Origin: Shigella phage SP21535
Length of the DNA: 64,000 nt
Strand: one strand, 5' to 3'
Sequence record: PQ615101
Shown here: piece by piece, positions 62,208-64,000 of the stretch
Layout: each line of letters begins with the position of its first letter
How positions within the stretch are numbered: the first letter of the stretch is position 1
Notes under the pieces: model-generated
Told to the model about the DNA's origin: nothing
What the model saw: the letters and a program-made list of their open reading frames with translations, nothing else
Databases searched by the model: none
Position numbers and translations under genes: made by a program

Positions 62208-62785
62208 TTATAATACCCCGCTTTAACTCGCCCCTTTAAGGTACTATAATTTATATTAAGAGCTTTAGCTGCGATTTTAATACTTTTATATAAAACGCCG
62301 TTGATAATAATAGATTTAGCATTAGGGGCTATTTTGCCATACATTGGGTTATTGGCGCCGCACATCTTCGGAGTTTTACCTCTAGGCCCTCTAGGCCCTC
62401 TTTTTCTAGACGATTTAATGCTAATTTTCAATCTAGTTTCACGCGAATGAGATTTACCGTAAAATCCATTTTTAACACCCGCTGTGCTATGTTTTGGGAA
62501 GCCACCGATACCACCTAGTTTCATATTATAAGTTTTCTCAGATTTAACAAATTCCTCTGTGACTATTTCTGCCTCTGCGTCATACATAGCTTTTTCAGAT
62601 TCAAAGAATTTTATAATATGCTTATAAAAATTATCTATGCCATATTTTTTAATGGCATTTTTAATGGCAACGCCAGAACCCATATACCCATCATCCAAAT
62701 TTGAAGTTTTATGGACACCTACATAAATTTTTCCCGTTGTTTTATTAGTTATTGAATACAAATAAAAATATTTATGGCCTCTCAT
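62195..62785 (-). CDS. GIY-YIG homing endonuclease (Seg-like)
   Basis: 196 aa; GIY-YIG core ([20 protein letters not shown] ... YNMKLGG), NUMOD3-like segment ([16 protein letters not shown]) and C-terminal HTH-like region ([16 protein letters not shown]). Confidence 0.8.
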
Positions 62786-63308
62786 ACACGTAGCTTCTCA
62801 ATTTATTAGCCCAACGACTCCAATTTCCAACTATAGTTTTAGTATAATTTTTAACGAGAGTTTTTCTTACTGGAGCAGGAGGATCTGTTGGTTCAGTAGT
62901 ATCAGAAGATGACCTAGAATTACTGCCAGAACCCCCAGATTCACTTTGTTCTTGGTAGTCATATATTAATGTTACTTCATAAGTGAATGTTTTCTGGAGG
63001 TTTTGAGGAGCTTTCCATAAATATAACTGAGTATTAGAATCAGTTGGAAGGTCTTCCCATGAAGCAGCAGTTTTAAATTCATTATCTAAACGATATTTCA
63101 ATGCGTCATTTCCAAATCCAAATACAGATTCATACGTTCCATATAAACGATTTTCTTCTACTAAAACCCCAGGAGTTTCTTCGTAACTAGTTATATTTAT
63201 AGATACTAACGTTTCACCTGTTTCTAATTGAGCGGTAAAGGTGACGTCGATAGAAGAACCTTCCATGGATTCTCCTAAATCAGCGCTCATTGGAAGTATA
63301 TTAGCCAA
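62772..63308 (-). CDS. Hypothetical protein (178 aa) with a Ser/Gly-rich linker
   Basis: ORF overlapping both neighbours. Confidence 0.6.
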   Translation of the reverse strand: MANILPMSADLGESMEGSSIDVTFTAQLETGETLVSINITSYEETPGVLVEENRLYGTYESVFGFGNDALKYRLDNEFKTAASWEDLPTDSNTQLYLWKAPQNLQKTFTYEVTLIYDYQEQSESGGSGSNSRSSSDTTEPTDPPAPVRKTLVKNYTKTIVGNWSRWANKLRSYVYERP

Positions 63309-64000
63309 TTGTTGAATTCTCTAATGATGTAAATTTATAATCACATTTTTTCAAAGCTTTTAAAATTGCGTTATAACTTACATCCGGGAGGTCATGTTCA
63401 ATTGCTTTTTCTCTAAACCATTTGTATTTCTGTGGATGTGGTTTTCCCAAAACCTCCCAAAGTTTTTTGACTTTTTCTATACTAATCCAAGGTTCAACTG
63501 ATCTTAGTTTTTTATTTCTAGCATCTAATCTCGATTTTCTTATCAAAGGATCATTCCATGATTGTTTCGTTCCTTCTATTTTTCCTGGATGATTGATTAA
63601 TTTATTTCTGTATTCATCGGATTTCCATAAAGATTTAACGGTATTAGAAATACGAATTTTTAATGTTGGGTCATTTTCAAAAGCAGTTTTCATCGCATTA
63701 CTCATTTTCTTTCGATATTCTGGTGATGCGCATCTTTCTTTGTTTATTTTAGATATTTTCTCTGAAAATTCTTTAGTTGACGTTGATTTAGCTAATGCCT
63801 TCAATTGAGCTTTCCTATATTCAGGATTAGACCACATTCTCTTCAAATCTTCGGATGAAAAACCATCACCGCCGGATTTTATATTGGTACATAGAATGTC
63901 AGATGATTTATATTTCGAAATCCAATACCTTTCTCTTAAATTAAGAATTTCATAAGTAGAAACAAATTCAATTATTTCAAAATCTATTTTATAACCAGGT
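63301..64000 (-). CDS. Endonuclease-associated repeat protein, C-terminal part (5' end outside window)
   Basis: Frame stays open to the window edge. It carries four spaced repeats of W-x-x-P-E-Y-R-x-K-(M/L) (WSNPEYRKAQL, CASPEYRKKMS, WKSDEYRNKLI, WNDPLIRKSRL), as seen in DNA-binding modules of phage homing endonucleases. Confidence 0.5.
   Translation of the reverse strand, partial: PGYKIDFEIIEFVSTYEILNLRERYWISKYKSSDILCTNIKSGGDGFSSEDLKRMWSNPEYRKAQLKALAKSTSTKEFSEKISKINKERCASPEYRKKMSNAMKTAFENDPTLKIRISNTVKSLWKSDEYRNKLINHPGKIEGTKQSWNDPLIRKSRLDARNKKLRSVEPWISIEKVKKLWEVLGKPHPQKYKWFREKAIEHDLPDVSYNAILKALKKCDYKFTSLENSTIG

Overview
This window is a contiguous segment of a T4-like (T-even, Tequatrovirus-type) myovirus genome, identified from direct reading of the ORF translations and recall of T4 protein families; no database search was run. 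Bases 1-20530 carry a plus-strand early/middle block: td exon 2 with the 3' part of its group I intron, nrdA, a large endonuclease-like gene, nrdB split by an ORF-less group I intron, denA, rnlA, alc, a spanin pair, pseT, cd, gene 31, rIII, DNA ligase and alt. Bases 20559-64000 carry mostly minus-strand late morphogenesis genes (54, 48, 29, 28, 27, 51, then 24 through 5.4), with the 26/25/uvsY and inh/hoc/rnlB plus-strand islands and uvsW on the minus strand. The most notable observation is that the large terminase gene (gene 17) is fractured: its two halves end and begin with intein-like splicing motifs and are separated by an out-of-frame endonuclease-like gene with its own start, consistent with an atypically split intein. 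Other points worth a second look are a GC-rich non-coding island after rIII, an alt-like pseudogene, duplicated early-promoter cassettes, and several homing-endonuclease-like genes at positions that differ from T4. No CRISPR array, rRNA or convincing tRNA was found.
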